From contig OZ024741.1 in the NCBI GenBank assembly GCA_964016885.1, positions 10,788,001 to 10,852,000 on the forward strand: a stretch of DNA of 64,000 nt, written 5' to 3'. The notes beneath the pieces are model-generated. The model made no database searches and had not been told where the DNA came from. It saw only the letters and a list, made by a program, of their open reading frames with translations. The DNA comes from Eledone cirrhosa (lineage: Eukaryota). Positions within the stretch are counted from its first letter, which is position 1, and the number at the start of each line of letters is the position of its first letter. Below are positions 25,477-40,600 of the stretch, piece by piece. The translations under genes were made by a program, and so were the position numbers.

Positions 25477-27586
25477 CAGGAGAACATGATATGAAGGCTA
25501 AAAAACACTTGTGGATAGTGCAGTTTTAAATCAACATATGAAAAGTGGTTTTAGATTGATGTGTGATATTGGGAAAAATATTTTATTTAGAGAGGGGAGG
25601 GGGTGGAAAGGATTAAAAAGGGGAGGAGATGAGAGGGAGAGATGGGTGATAGAGAGAAAGAGATAGTTTTTATAACTGAGAGAAGATATATTGTTTTACA
25701 TAGAGAGGTTGAAAACCGTTGGAAGATAATGTATAAATTAAAAGAATTTGAAAATTAACGAAGGGAAGATATGTATGAGGAAAAAATATTTTATTTAGGG
25801 AGGGGGTGGTGGAAAGGATGAAAAAAAGGGGGGAGGAGATGAGAGTGAAGGTGGAGAGGGAGAGATGGGTGATAGAGAGAAAGAGATAATCTCTGCCTAA
25901 ATGAAAAATTTACCATTATCTCTAACCTAGATTCTATAATAAATAGACGTACAGATTTGTTTTCTATCTGCCTGCATAAATTCCATAGGACTTTTCACAA
26001 AGTATACAGTTAATATCCAATTCTTTATCAATTTTAAATCTTTTCTCAAAGGCACATATACATACACCTCTTTAAAATATATCCATCTTCCTACCTTACT
26101 TCAAAGGGCATTATACACTCTATAATACTTGTTTACTCATTACCCTCTTTCTATCTTCACCTTGTAAAATCCTTCATAACATATACATTTGTTTTTTTGA
26201 CGTTAGAATATTCATCCGCAATTATTTTTTTTTTTTTTCTCTCTATCATAAAACTTTTTAATCTCAATTTCATCCTTAATTTATTATTTTTTTCTCCCCA
26301 TCAACGAACTCATTCTTAATACATATTAACTCTTTATTCGCACATATCAATTCCTTCAATATACAAACTTTAACTTCACATTATTTTTCTCAAATCCTTC
26401 TACACACAAACCTTAATAATTTTTTCTCTTCGTTAATTTTGAAATTGCCACAATACTTATCAACATACACTTTTTTTTGACGTTAGAATATTCATCCACA
26501 ATTATTATTTTTTCTCTCTATCTTCATACATAAATTCCCTTCGTTAATTTTCAAATTCTTTTAATTTATACATTATCTTCCAACGGTTCTCAACCTCTCT
26601 ATGTAAAACAATATATCTTTTCTCAGTTATAAAAACTATCTCTTTCTCTCTATCACCCATCTCTCCCTCTCCACCTTCACTCTCATCTCCTCCCCCTTTT
26701 TTTCACCTTGTAAAATCCTTCATAACATATACATTTGCTTTTTTGACGTTAGAATATTCATCCGCAATTATTATTATTTTTTCTCTCTATCATAAAACTT
26801 TTTAATCTCAATTTCATCCTTAATTTTTTATTTTTTTCTCCCTATCAACGAACTCATTCTTAATACATATTAACTCTTTATTCGCACATATCAATTCCTT
26901 CAATATACAAACTTTAACTTCACATTATTTTTCTCAAATCCTTCTACACACAAACCTTAATAATTTTTTCTCTTCGTTAATTTTGAAATTGCCACAATAC
27001 TTATCAAGATACACTTTTTTTTGACGTTAGAATATTCATCCACAATTACTATTTTTTCTCTCTATCTTCATACATAAACTCCCTTCGTTAATTTTTCAAA
27101 TTCTTTTAATTTATACATTCTTCCAACGGTTCTCAACCTCTCTATATAAAACAATATATCTTTTCTCAGTTATAAAAACTATCTCTTTCTCTCTATCACC
27201 CATCTCTCCCTCTCCACCTTCACTCTCATCTCCTCCCCCTTTTTTTCATCCTCCCCCCCCCTCCCTAAATAAAATATTTTTTCCTCATACATATCTTCCC
27301 TTCGTTAATTTTCAAATTCTTTTAATTTATACATTATCTTCCAACGGTTTTCAACCTCTCTATGTAAAACAATATATCTTCTCTCAGTTATAAAAACTAT
27401 CTCTTTCTCTCTATCACCCATCTCTCCCTCTCATCTCCTCCCCTTTTTCATCCTTTCCACCCACCCCCCACTCTAAATAAAATATTTTTCCCAATATCAC
27501 ACATCAATCTAAAACCACTTTTCATATGTTGATTTAAAACTGCACTATCCACAAGTGTTTTTTAGCCTTCATATCATGTTCTCCTG

Positions 27587-27653
27587 TTTTATCTGATGAA
27601 AACACAAATATTATTGCATGATGATGTTTGTTTTTGAAATGCGCATAATAAAA
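27587..27653 (+). ncRNA. Type-I hammerhead ribozyme, intact core
   Basis: TTTTAT-CTGATGA-AAACACAAATATTAT..ATGATGTTTGTTTTT-GAAA-TGCGCA-TA-ATAAAA; palindromic stem III, AUA site. Confidence 0.88.
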
Positions 27654-27685
27654 TACATGGAACTCCTTTAACCATCTTTTGATCT

Positions 27686-27726
<41 letters not shown>

Positions 27727-27959
27727 CACATGCATACACATATACATGTGTGTGTGTGTAAAACTCAGTCTTAGATAATTCATATGAACCTTACATATAC
27801 ATATATATAGTAGTAAAGTAATAAAAGTAATAAGCAACATAAGGCAATTATTCCATTCACCAGTGGTTTCTTAAAAGCAAAAAAATTTTCCTTCAATCTT
27901 CAGAATGAAAAAAACCTGGTCTATCTACATATACATACATATACACACACAAATATATA

Positions 27960-28061
<102 letters not shown>

Positions 28062-28074
28062 AATATACATACAC

Positions 28075-28972
28075 ATACACATAGGTATGTGAAGGGCAAG
28101 GCAAAAAGAATATATGGGGGGGGGAGACATAGGAAAAGGTGAAGTATAAGGGGAGGTAAGGGAGAAAAAATATATATATACAAGAGTACAGAACGTAGAT
28201 TCAGCAAAATAAAAAACCGTAGCAGAAGTAAAGAGCAGAGAAGGAGTTCAAGGCGGTTGATTTATCATAGGAGTGTCAATCCAGTTACAGATCAGATGCG
28301 ATTTCAGATGAGGACAGCATCTGAAGATCTCAGTCTTTGAGTTAAGGCAAGCGGAAGTGGCTCTCAAGTTTAGCAAAATCCTATATTTTTCTGTGGTAGA
28401 CAAAGAACAATTCTTTGTGCCCCTTTGGTACTCCCTCGAATGGTCTAATTTAGACCAATCAATAGAGTACGGGATGTTACTATCCTTGAGTTCCCACACC
28501 TAACTTGCGAGGGCCGTTGATGTTCGTTTATCGGAGTTCTTAAAAGAAGCGACATGTGAGTAAAATCTGGTTTTAAACCTGCCCTGGGTCATACCGACAT
28601 ATCGCTCACTCCTGGCTGGCTGGTTGTTGATTACCGGTGTTATCTTAGCCTCATAAACAACAGATTTGGTGCTACATTTACCCTGCAATGGGCATTCATC
28701 CGGCTTCCTGAAACTGCATCCTGGATTTGTTCTCGTATGGTTTGAACTGGTGATTTTGGACTTCCTGAGATCTTCAGATGCTGTCCTCATCTGAAATCGC
28801 ATCTGATCTGTAACTGGATTGACACTCCTATGATAAATCAACCGCCTTGAACTCCTTTCCCGCTCTTTACTTCTGCTACGGTTTTTTTTATTTTGCTGAA
28901 TCTACGTTCTGTACTCTTGTATATATATATTTTTCTCCCTTACCTCCCCTTATACATCACCTTTTCCTATGT
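28075..28972 (-). mobile_element. Penelope-like remnant with inverted 5' segment
   Basis: 28768-28972 is the reverse complement of ~28127-28330; carries a GIY-YIG remnant. Confidence 0.85.
28248..28765 (-). pseudogene. PLE GIY-YIG endonuclease remnant with an internal stop
   Basis: ECPLQGKC..VVYEAK..YVGMT..FKTRFYSH..TALAS*VWELKD..W..EK..LNSK..CCPH; in-frame stop at 28500-28502. Confidence 0.88.
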
Positions 28973-29017
28973 CAGTCATGCTCGATAGAATTAAAGAAAA
29001 GGGAGATTCTTTAAAAG

Positions 29018-29053
<36 letters not shown>

Positions 29054-29510
29054 CTTTTAAATAATCTCCCTTTTCTTTAATTCTATCGAGCATGACTGAC
29101 CCCCCACTGATTTTATAGACATCTGTTAGCTTAAGAGAAACTTATTGACAAGGAATGGTATGCCATCCGGAACCTGTTTATAGAATTCTGTCTGCCTTTG
29201 TTACTCTAAAAACATAAATAAATATAAATAAAAATAAAAATTAACTATAGCTTTGTAGAATTAGCTTTTAATGAATTCCCTTTTCTATCAACCAATGACC
29301 TGCACCCATCCCACTCCCCACCCTCTCCTACCACTTGTAGAGACCTATAAATACCATATTTATTTTTTGATACCCAGATTCCTGATGATTTCTAATGAAT
29401 GAAACAGTTCTAGTCGTGTAGAATCTCATCTATATTAAAACTGTTATACTCTGCTATGTATTGAGTACCTTACTTACTGTGGTTACCTCCGATTCAACCC
29501 GGAATAACGT
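28971..29510 (+). mobile_element. PLE-like 3' fragment with short fold-back around (TA)n and a hammerhead
   Basis: 28971-29018 mirrors 29053-29100; ribozyme at 29376; GAGTAC at 29463; related to 7128-7180 and 8716-8800. Confidence 0.75.
29376..29426 (+). ncRNA. Type-I hammerhead ribozyme, intact core
   Basis: AGATTC-CTGATGA-TTTC-taat-GAAT-GAAA-CAgttctagtcgTG-TA-GAATCT; GUA site. Confidence 0.85.
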
Positions 29511-29746
29511 ATATATATATATATATGTAGATAAATCTACCAAGAGTTTACGGTAGTGTCCAATCCGTATGAAGAACTCAATGTAATCCGGATATCATGG
29601 AAAGAAGAGATGCAATGAAAAATCACTTTTGTTTAATATAAGGAACTGTTTCATTGTTTTATTCATTATTTTTTTAATATTTTATATATATATATATATA
29701 TATTTGTGTGTGTATATGTATGTATATGTAGATAGACCAGGTTTTT

Positions 29747-29804
29747 TTCATTCTGAAGATTGAAGGGAAATTTTTTTGCTTTTAAGAAACCACTGGTGAA
29801 TGGA
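29747..29804 (+). ncRNA. Hammerhead ribozyme with a non-cleavable GUG site (mirror at ~27852-27909, minus strand)
   Basis: TTCATT-CTGAAGA-TTGAAGGGAAA..TTTGCTTTTAA-GAAA-CCACTGG-TG-AATGGA. Confidence 0.75.
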
Positions 29805-29922
29805 ATAATTGCCTTATGTTGCTTATTACTTTATTACATTACTACTATATATATGTATATGTAAGGTTCATATGAATTATCTAAGACTGAGTTTTACACA
29901 CACACACATGTATATGTGTATG

Positions 29923-29979
<57 letters not shown>

Positions 29980-30070
29980 TTGTATTTGGTTGTGCGTGTT
30001 TATGATATGTACGTATTTGTATGTGTATAATTGTATAGCTATGTATGTATATGTGTGTGTGTAGTTTTAT

Positions 30071-30110
<40 letters not shown>

Positions 30111-30726
30111 ATATATATACATATACATATGTGTGTATATGTGTGTGTATAATTGTATACGTGTGCGTGTGCGTGTTTGTGCATGTATATGTGTATGTGT
30201 ATGTATGTGTTTATGTATTTGTATATGTATATTTATGTGGAGAGTGTGTGTATGTATTTACTATTTCGTACGTATGTATACGTGCATTTGTGTGTATTAC
30301 TTACCACGCGTGTCTGTCCAGCTACCCGCCGTTTGTATCGCTGTCAAAATTTTTTTTATATATATATTTTTTTTCTTATATTTATTTGCGTGTGTGAATA
30401 TGTAGAGGAGTGCATTTATGTATGTGTATGTATGTACGTGTGTATATATGTATGCTTTTGTGCATGTATGTATGTATGTATGTATATGTATATATATATA
30501 TATATATATGTATGTATATGTGTGTATGTATATGTATTTATATTTATGTTTCTATGTGTATGTATGTGTGTATATATGTGTGTGTGGTTGTATATATGTA
30601 TGTGTATGTATGGATGTGTTGATATTTATGTGCGTATGTATATATGTGTATATGTATGTGTATGTGTGTATTTATATACACATATATGTGTGTATATATG
30701 TGTGTGTGTGTATGTATGAGTGTATG

Positions 30727-30759
<33 letters not shown>

Positions 30760-30923
30760 ATGTGTGTGTGTATGTATGCTTTTGTGTGTGTGTGCGTGTT
30801 TTTGTGTGTGTGTTTGCATATGTAGTTTTATTTTATTTTTCCTTTCCTTCTTACTTCTCCAGCCTCACTTTCATATAGATTGCATTTTTGTTTTTAAAAT
30901 CCAAATTCAATAAACAGACCAGG

Positions 30924-30991
30924 ATTGTTTCATTCTGAGGATTGAAAGCAAAATCTTTTGCTATTAAGAAACCACTGGTAAATGGAATAAT
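30924..30991 (+). ncRNA. Type-I hammerhead ribozyme, intact (truncated mirror at 23913-23964, minus strand)
   Basis: ATTGTTTCATT-CTGAGGA-TTGAAAGCAAAA-tc-TTTTGCTATTAA-GAAA-CCACTGG-TA-AATGGAATAAT; 11-bp stem I including G-U pairs. Confidence 0.88.
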
Positions 30992-31083
30992 TGCCTTACG
31001 TTGTTTATTACATAACTATTAAGCTCTGTTACCTACATAGAGCACTCTTTTTTCCTGGACTTTTCCGACGGAATTACTTCATT

Positions 31084-31183
<100 letters not shown>

Positions 31184-31197
31184 AGAGATGTTAAGAT

Positions 31198-31240
<43 letters not shown>

Positions 31241-31435
31241 CATAAATCCCTAATCCCTTAAACTCGCTGACTCTCTTCATTCTCTCACTTCCACAAACAC
31301 CCCCAAAACAAACCAACATACATACACACATACACAGAAGTATTTCTCAACAGCATTAAGGGGAACTCAACTGAGTAACACACATATTTGTTTCTCGGTT
31401 CTTTGAAGTATTTCGAACTGAACCTCCTATGTTGC

Positions 31436-31491
31436 TCACGTGACCTCTTCACAAATGCAGGATCAGCTAAGCCTATGTTCTCTACTTCCGG
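31436..31491. promoter_or_regulatory. Possible regulatory island (E-box + ETS)
   Basis: TCACGTGA at 31436-31443 and ACTTCCGG at 31484-31491 in a unique island. Confidence 0.3.
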
Positions 31492-31575
31492 TGCGATCAA
31501 TTCACTTCACCTATTCTTTTATGCATGTTCTCACTATTTCTAAAACATGCTTCCCACCTCCCCAACCCCACACGC

Positions 31576-31682
<107 letters not shown>

Positions 31683-31903
31683 GTGTATAAATATATATAC
31701 ATGTAAGAGACAAGAAAACGTTACACGTGTGTTTGTTGTGTGTTGCACGCCGCTGTTAGTGTTATGTGTTATGTGTTGCGTGAATGCAGTACCCGGTGTG
31801 TGATTGTTTGTGTCAGATGTCAGGTTGTACAGCAATATATCTCAGACCAGGTGTATATATATATATATATAAATATATATATATATACATACATATGTGT
31901 GTG

Positions 31904-31982
<79 letters not shown>

Positions 31983-32357
31983 TGGGGGAAAGATAGATGG
32001 TATGAGTTTTGGGATAAGTACACATATATACATACATATGTCCATGCACACATACACATATACACACTCCCCCACACACACATGTGCACACATACACATA
32101 TGCACACATACACACACATACACATATACACGCATACACACATACAGATATACACACTCCCACACACAGATACAAACATACACACACACATATACACATA
32201 CACACATACACACATACACACACACACATACACACATACAGATATACACACTCCCACACACACACATGTTCAACACAGACAAAAGAAAATAAGAGATTAG
32301 TCATCAAATTGAGAAGACAATACATAGATATCTCCTAACTCAGCAATATTACTACCT

Positions 32358-32358
32358 T

Positions 32359-32413
<55 letters not shown>

Positions 32414-32439
32414 GGTGGTGGTGGTGGTGGTGGTGGTAA

Positions 32440-32498
<59 letters not shown>

Positions 32499-32499
32499 A

Positions 32500-32530
<31 letters not shown>

Positions 32531-32583
32531 GGTGGTGGTGGTGGTGGTGGTGGTGGTGGTGGTGGTGGTGGTAATAGTGGTAA

Positions 32584-32647
<64 letters not shown>

Positions 32648-32865
32648 GGTGGTGGTGGTAGTAGTAGTTGTAGTGGGGGTGGTGGTAGTAGTGGTGGTGG
32701 TGGTAGTAGTAGTAGTTGTTGTTGTTGTTGTAGTGGTAGTGGTAGTTTGTAGTAGTAGTATTAGAAGTAGTAATAGTAGTTTGTAGTAGTAGTAGTAGTA
32801 GTTGTTGTTGTAGTAGTAGTAGTAGTAGTAGTAGTAGTTGTTGTTGTAGTGGTAGTGGTAGTGTT
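32358..32865. repeat. Compound (GTA)n/(GTG)n/(GTT)n microsatellite
   Basis: Read directly. Confidence 0.95.
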
Positions 32866-33304
32866 ACTACAATATTTGTAGCAACACTGAGAAATAACGA
32901 TATCACAGAAAGGTGAAGTCACTCAACTTAAATCTGACTTTACTTCAGTTAACTGAGATTAAAAAATATATCTTTACATAGAGAAAATATAACAGTTGGT
33001 GAATACGATATTATGGTATTGTCCCGTAACTCCAGGGGGAATAGTAGGTAGGGCCGTATCTTGGGATGCCCGAGGCACTTCAGGTTTGCGGGGAACCCTC
33101 ATGAACAAAAATTAGAACGCACCCCCCCCCCCCCCACCACACCACCACCACGACCAATTTTACATTAAATCTGGGCCTAGTCGTACTCATACCGCGTCGT
33201 CCTCATTACTAGGGCATTTTAAAACCAAGAGGACCTCCTCTCTCTCCAGAGAGTGGGAGAAAGGAAATGTAAAAAAAGATATGAGAAGTATCTACACCAG
33301 AACT

Positions 33305-33449
33305 AGATTGGCACTTTTTTTTATCAACCTCGAATGTATGAAAGGCAAAGTTGGCCTGGGTGAGACTTAAACTCGGAGAGAAGAGAGCCGAAACAAATAC
33401 CATAAATAATTCTATTTGACGTTCTAGCGACTCTACCAATTCGCTGCCT
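33305..33449 (-). mobile_element. Diverged tRNA-derived SINE, same family as 6286
   Basis: Reverse complement reads GGCAGCGAATTGGTAGAGTCGCTAG...GAGTTTAAGTC..CAACTTTGCCTTTCAT..GGTTGATAAAA. Confidence 0.7.
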
Positions 33450-33580
33450 AAATATTATTAACTAAACAAAGCAAGAAGTAAAGCTTTCTATGGAATTTAT
33501 AAACTCTGACGCAGTGTGCAGTTCTAAGATCATTCTACAAAGAGACATTTTACGTAAATTGTGGGTATCTAATTGTTTAA

Positions 33581-33788
33581 CCCTTTAGCATTCACATTAC
33601 TCTATATATACTATTTATTTTCATGGTAAAGGCTTTACCTCGCATAATTATCTCACTTAATATTGTATCTATGACATTTTGAATGTATTTATTTTTAGAA
33701 CAATACCTTAACATCAGTTTGAGCGACCAGTTACAGCCAGTTTCAACAGAAATAGGTAGAGAATTCTGGCCGGTTTGACATTAAAGGG
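33581..33788. mobile_element. piggyBac-type MITE
   Basis: TTAA|CCCTTTA ... TAAAGGG|TTAA: TTAA target-site duplication and CCC/GGG termini. Confidence 0.7.
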
Positions 33789-33818
33789 TTAAAGGTTAAA
33801 CTGCTTATTCTTGGAACA

Positions 33819-34620
33819 GTTAGACACAAGTATCTGTTAGACAACCTAGACATCGTTAGACAGAGGTTAGACAACCTAGACATCGTTAGACAGAGGTATC
33901 TGTTAAACAACCTAGATATCGTCAGACAGAGGTGTCTAAAGTTAGACAACCTAGACAACGTTAGACAGCGGTATCTGTTATACAATCTATACATCGTTAG
34001 ACACAAGTACCTGTTAGACAACCTAGACAACGTTAGACAGAGGTATCTGTTAGACAACCTAAACATCGTTAGACAGAAGTACCTGTTAGACAACCTAGAC
34101 ATCGTTAGACAGAGGTATCTGTTAGACAACCTAGACATCGTTAGACAGAGGTATTTGTTAGACAACCTAGACATCGTTAGACAGAGGTGTCTAAAGTTAG
34201 ACAATCTAGACATCGTTAGACACAAGTACCTGTTAGACAACCTAGATATCGTTAGACAGAGGTGTATAAAGTTAGACAACCCAAACATCGTTAGACAGAG
34301 GTGTCTAAAGTTAGACAACCTAGACATCGTTAGACAGAGGTGTCTAAAGTTAGACAACCTAGACATCGTTAGACAGAGGTGTCTAAAGTTAGACAACCTA
34401 GACATCGTTAGACAGAGGTGTCTAAAGTTAGACAACCTAGACATCGTTAGACAGCGGTACCGGTTAGACAACTTAGACATCGTTAGACAGAGGTATTCTT
34501 ATGTTAGACAACTTAAACATCGTTAGACAGGGGTATCTTATGTTAGACAACTTAAACATCGTTAGACAGAGGTATCTTATGTTAGACAACCTAGACATCG
34601 TTAGACAGAGGTACCTTATG
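33819..34620. repeat. 36/39-bp tandem satellite (~21 units)
   Basis: GTTAGACAACCTAGACATCGTTAGACAGAGGTATCT with a 39-bp variant; gives 12/13-aa periodic ORFs. Confidence 0.95.
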
Positions 34621-34659
34621 TTGTGCACAGTCATCTTATCGACTGTTGTGACTATCGAC

Positions 34660-37600
34660 CGTTTACAGTTTACTGTAGATATATTGTACTTCATACTGTT
34701 CACTGTAGATATATTGTACTTTACACTGTAGATATATTGTAATTTACTGTAGGTATATTGTACTTTACACTGTCTACTGTAGATATATTGTAATTTACAC
34801 TGTTTACTGTAGATATATTGTACTTTTATACTGTTTATTGTAGATATATTGTACTTTACACTGTTTATTGTAGATATATTGTAATTTACACTGTTTACTG
34901 TAGATATATTGTACTTTTATACTGTTCACTGTAGATATATTGTACTTTATACTGTTTACTGAAGATATATTGTACTTTACACTGTTGACTGTAGATATCT
35001 TGTAATTTACAATGTTTACTGTAGATATATTGTACTTTATACTCTTTACTGTAGATATATTGTACTTTATACTGTTTACTGTTGATATATTGTACTTTAT
35101 ACTGTTTACTGTAGATATATTGTACTTTATACTGTTTACTGTAGATATATTGTACTTTATACTGTTTACTGTAGACATATTTACGTTACATTGTTCACTG
35201 TAGATATATTGTACTCTAGACTGTTCACTGTAGATGTATTGTACTTTACACTTTAGATATATTGTACTTTACACTGTTTACTGTAGATATATTGTACTTT
35301 ACATTGTTTACTATAGATATATTGTACTTTACATTGTTTACTGTAGATATATTATACTTTACACTGTTTACTGTAGATATATTGTACTTTACACTGTTTA
35401 CTGTAGATATATTGTACTTTATACTGTTTACTGTAGATATATTGTACTTTATACTGTTTACTGTAGATATATTGTAGTTTACACTGTTTACTGTAGATAT
35501 ATTGTAGTTACACTGTTCACTGTAGATATATTGTACTTTACACTGTTTACCGTAGATACATTGTACTTTACACGGTTTACTGAACATATATTGTACTTTA
35601 CACTGTTTATAGTAGATATATTGTACTTTACACTATTTACTGTAGATATATTCTACTTTACACTGTTCACTCTAGATATATTGTATTTTATACTGTTTAC
35701 TGTAGATATATTGTACTTTATACTGTTTACTGTAGATATATTGTACTTTATACTGTTTACTGTAGATATATTGTACTTTATACTGTTTACTGTAGACATA
35801 TTGTACTTTATACTGTTTACTGTAGATATATTGTACTTTACACTGTTTACTGTAGATATATTGTACTTTACACTGTTTACTGTAGATATATTGTACTTTA
35901 TACTGTTTACAGTAGATATATTGTACTTTACACTGTTTACTGTAGATATATTGTACTTTATACTGTTCACTGTAGATATATTGTACTTTACACTGTAGAT
36001 ATATTGTAATTTACTGTAGATATATTGTACTTTACACTGTTTACTGTAGATATATTGTAATTTACACTGTTTACTGTAGATATATTGTACTTTTATACTG
36101 TTTATTGTAGATATATTGTACTTTACACTGTTTATTGTAGATATATTGTAATTTACACTGTTTACTGTAGATATATTGTACTTTTATACTGTTCACTGTA
36201 TATATATTGTACTTTACATTGTTTACTGTAGATATATTATACTTTACACTGTTTACTGTAGATATATTGTACTTTATACTGTTTACTGTAGATATATTGT
36301 ACTTTATACTGTTTACTGTAGATATATTGTAGTTTACACTGTTTACTGTAGATATATTGTAGTTACACTGTTCACTGTAGATATATTGTACTTTACACTG
36401 TTTACCGTAGATACATTGTACTTTACACGGTTTACTGAACATATATTGTACTTTACACTGTTTATAGTAGATATATTGTACTTTACACTATTTACTGTAG
36501 ATATATTCTACTTTACACTGTTCACTCTACATATATTGTATTTTATACTGTTTACTGTAGATATATTGTACTTTATACTGTTTACTGTAGATATATTGTA
36601 CTTTATACTGTTTACTGTAGATATATTGTACTTTATACTATTTACAGTAGACATATTGTACTTTATACTGTTTACTGTAGATATATTGTACTTTACACTG
36701 TTTACTGTAGATATATTGTACTTTACACTGTTTCCTGTAGATATATTGTACTTTATACTGTTTACAGTAGATATATTGTACTTTACACTGTTTACTGTAG
36801 ATATATTATACTTTACACTGTTTACTGTAGATATATTATACTTTACACTGTTTACTGTAGATATATTGTACTTTATACTGTTTACTGTAGACATATTGTA
36901 CTTTACACTGTTTGCTGTAGATATATTGTAATTTACACTGTTTACTGTAGATATATTGTACTTTATATTGTTTACTGTAGACATATTGTACTTTATACTG
37001 TTTACTGTAGATATATTGTACTTTACACTGTTTACTGTAGATATATTGTACTTTATACTGTTTACTGTAGACATATTGTACTTTACACTGTTTACTGGAG
37101 ATACATTGTAGTTTACACTGTTTACTGTAGATATATTGTGCTTTGTACTGTTTACTGTAGACATATTGTACTTTACACTGTAGATATATTGTACGTTACA
37201 TTGTTCACTGTAGATGTATTGTACTCTATACTGTCACTGTAGGTATATTGTACTTTACACTGTTTACTGTAGATATATTGTACTTTACACTGTTTACTGT
37301 AGATATTTTGTACTTTGCACTGTTTACTGTAGATATATCGTATGTTATACTGTTTACTGTAGATATATTTACTTTATAGTGTTTACTGTAGATATATTGT
37401 ACTTTATACTGTTTACTGTAGATATATTGTACTTTACACAGTTTACTGTAGATATATTGTGCGTTACACTGTTCACTGTAGATATATTGTACTTTAATCT
37501 GTTTACAGTAGATACATTGTACTTTACACGGTTTACTGTACATATATTGTACTTTACACTGTTTATAGTAGATATATTGTACTTTACACTATTTACTGTA

Positions 37601-40600
37601 GATATATTCTACTTTACACTGTTCACTGTAGATATATTGTACTTTACACTGTTTACAGTAGATATTTTGTACTTTACACTGTTTACTGTAGATATATTGT
37701 ATTTTATACTGTTTACTGTAGATATATTGTACTTTATACTTCTTACTGTAGATATATTGTACTTTATACTGTTCACTGTAGATATATTGTACTTTACACT
37801 GTAGATATATTGTAATTTACTGTAGATATATTGTACTTTACACTGTTTACTGTAGATATATTGTAATTTACACTGTTTACTGTAGATATATTGTACTTTT
37901 ATACTGTTTATTGTAGATATATTGTACTTTACACTGTTTATTGTAGATATATTGTAATTTACACTGTTTACTGTAGATATATTGTACTTTTATACTGTTC
38001 ACTGTAGATATATTGTACTTTACATTGTTTACTGTAGATATATTATACTTTACACTGTTTACTGTAGATATATTGTACTTTACACTGTTTACTGTAGATA
38101 TATTGTACTTTATACTGTTTACTGTAGATATATTGTACTTTATACTGTTTATTGTAGATATATTGTAGTTTACACTGTTTACTGTAGATATATTGTAGTT
38201 ACACTGTTCACTGTAGATATATTGTACTTTACACTGTTTACCGTAGATACATTGTACTTTACACGGTTTACTGAACATATATTGTACTTTACACTGTTTA
38301 TTGTAGATATATTGTACTTTACACTGTTTATTGTAGATATATTGTAATTTACACTGTTTACTGTAGACATATTGTACTTTATACTGTTTACTGTAGATAT
38401 ATTGTACTTTACACTGTTTACTGTAGATATATTGTACTTTACACTGTTTACTGTAGATATATTGTACTTTATACTGTTTACAGTAGATATATTGTACTTT
38501 ACACTGTTTACTGTAGATATATTGTACTTTATACTGTTCACTGTAGATATATTGTACTTTACACTGTAGATATATTGTAATTTACTGTAGATATATTGTA
38601 CTTTACACTGTTTACTGTAGATATATTGTAATTTACACTGTTTACTGTAGATATATTGTACTTTTATACTGTTTATTGTAGATATATTGTACTTTACACT
38701 GTTTATTGTAGATATATTGTAATTTACACTGTTTACTGTAGATATATTGTACTTTTATACTGTTCACTGTAGATATATTGTACTTTACATTGTTTACTGT
38801 AGATATATTATACTTTACACTGTTTACTGTAGATATATTGTACTTTATACTGTTTACTGTAGATATATTGTACTTTATACTGTTTACTGTAGATATATTG
38901 TAGTTTACACTGTTTACTGTAGATATATTGTAGTTACACTGTTCACTGTAGATATATTGTACTTTACACTGTTTACCGTAGATACATTGTACTTTACACG
39001 GTTTACTGAACATATATTGTACTTTACACTGTTTATAGTAGATATATTGTACTTTACCCTATTTACTGTAGATATATTCTACTTTACACTGTTCACTGTA
39101 GATATATTGTACTTTATACTGTTTACTGTAGATATATTGTACTTTATACTATTTACTGTAGACATATTGTACTTTATACTGTTTACTGTAGATATATTGT
39201 ACTTTACACTGTTTACTGTAGATATATTGTACTTTACACTGTTTCCTGTAGATATATTGTACTTTATACTGTTTACAGTAGATATATTGTACTTTACACT
39301 GTTTACTGTAGAGATATTATACTTTACACTGTTTACTGTAGATATATTATACTTTACACTGTTTACTGTAGATATATTGTACTTTATACTGTTTACTGTA
39401 GACATATTGTACTTTACACTGTTTGCTGTAGATATATTGTAATTTACACTGTTTACTGTAGATATATTGTACTTTATATTGTTTACTGTAGACATATTGT
39501 ACTTTATACTGTTTACTGTAGATATATTGTACTTTACACTGTTTACTGTAGATATATTGTACTTTATACTGTTTACTGTAGACATATTGTACTTTACACT
39601 GTTTACTGGAGATACATTGTAGTTTACACTGTTTACTGTAGATATATTGTGCTTTGTACTGTTTACTGTAGACATATTGTACTTTACACTGTAGATATAT
39701 TGTACGTTACATTGTTCACTGTAGATGTATTGTACTCTATACTGTCACTGTAGGTATATTGTACTTTACACTGTTTACTGTAGATATATTGTACTTTACA
39801 CTGTTTACTGTAGATATTTTGTACTTTGCACTGTTTACTGTAGATATATCGTATGTTATACTGTTTACTGTAGATATATTTACTTTATAGTGTTTACTGT
39901 AGATATATTGTACTTTATACTGTTTACTGTAGATATATTGTACTTTACACAGTTTACTGTAGATATATTGTGCGTTACACTGTTCACTGTAGATATATTG
40001 TACTTTAATCTGTTTACAGTAGATACATTGTACTTTACACGGTTTACTGTACATATATTGTACTTTACACTGTTTATAGTAGATATATTGTACTTTACAC
40101 TATTTACTGTAGATATATTCTACTTTACACTGTTCTCTGTAGATATATTGTACTTTACACTGTTTACAGTAGATATTTTGTACTTTACACTGTTTACTGT
40201 AGATATATTGTATTTTATACTGTTTACTGTAGATATATTGTACTTTATACTTCTTACTGTAGATATATTGTACTTTATACTGTTCACTGTAGATATATTG
40301 TACTTTACACTGTAGATATATTGTAATTTACTGTAGATATATTGTACTTTACACTGTTTACTGTAGATATATTGTAATTTACACTGTTTACTGTAGATAT
40401 ATTGTACTTTTATACTGTTTATTGTAGATATATTGTACTTTACACTGTTTATTGTAGATATATTGTAATTTACACTGTTTACTGTACATATATTGTACTT
40501 TTATACTGTTCACTGTAGATATATTGTACTTTACATTGTTTACTGTAGATATATTATACTTTACACTGTTTACTGTAGATATATTGTACTTTACACTGTT

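Noticed and set aside
31285-31500. 71-aa minus-strand ORF as a coding exon
   Set aside because: No ATG, no good splice acceptor and no recognisable homology.
33049-33215. Possible hAT MITE starting TAGGGCCG
   Set aside because: No matching right TIR or target-site duplication found.
33819-34620. CRISPR-like array or LRR-like ORF
   Set aside because: Head-to-tail repeats without unique spacers, no cas genes, eukaryotic context.
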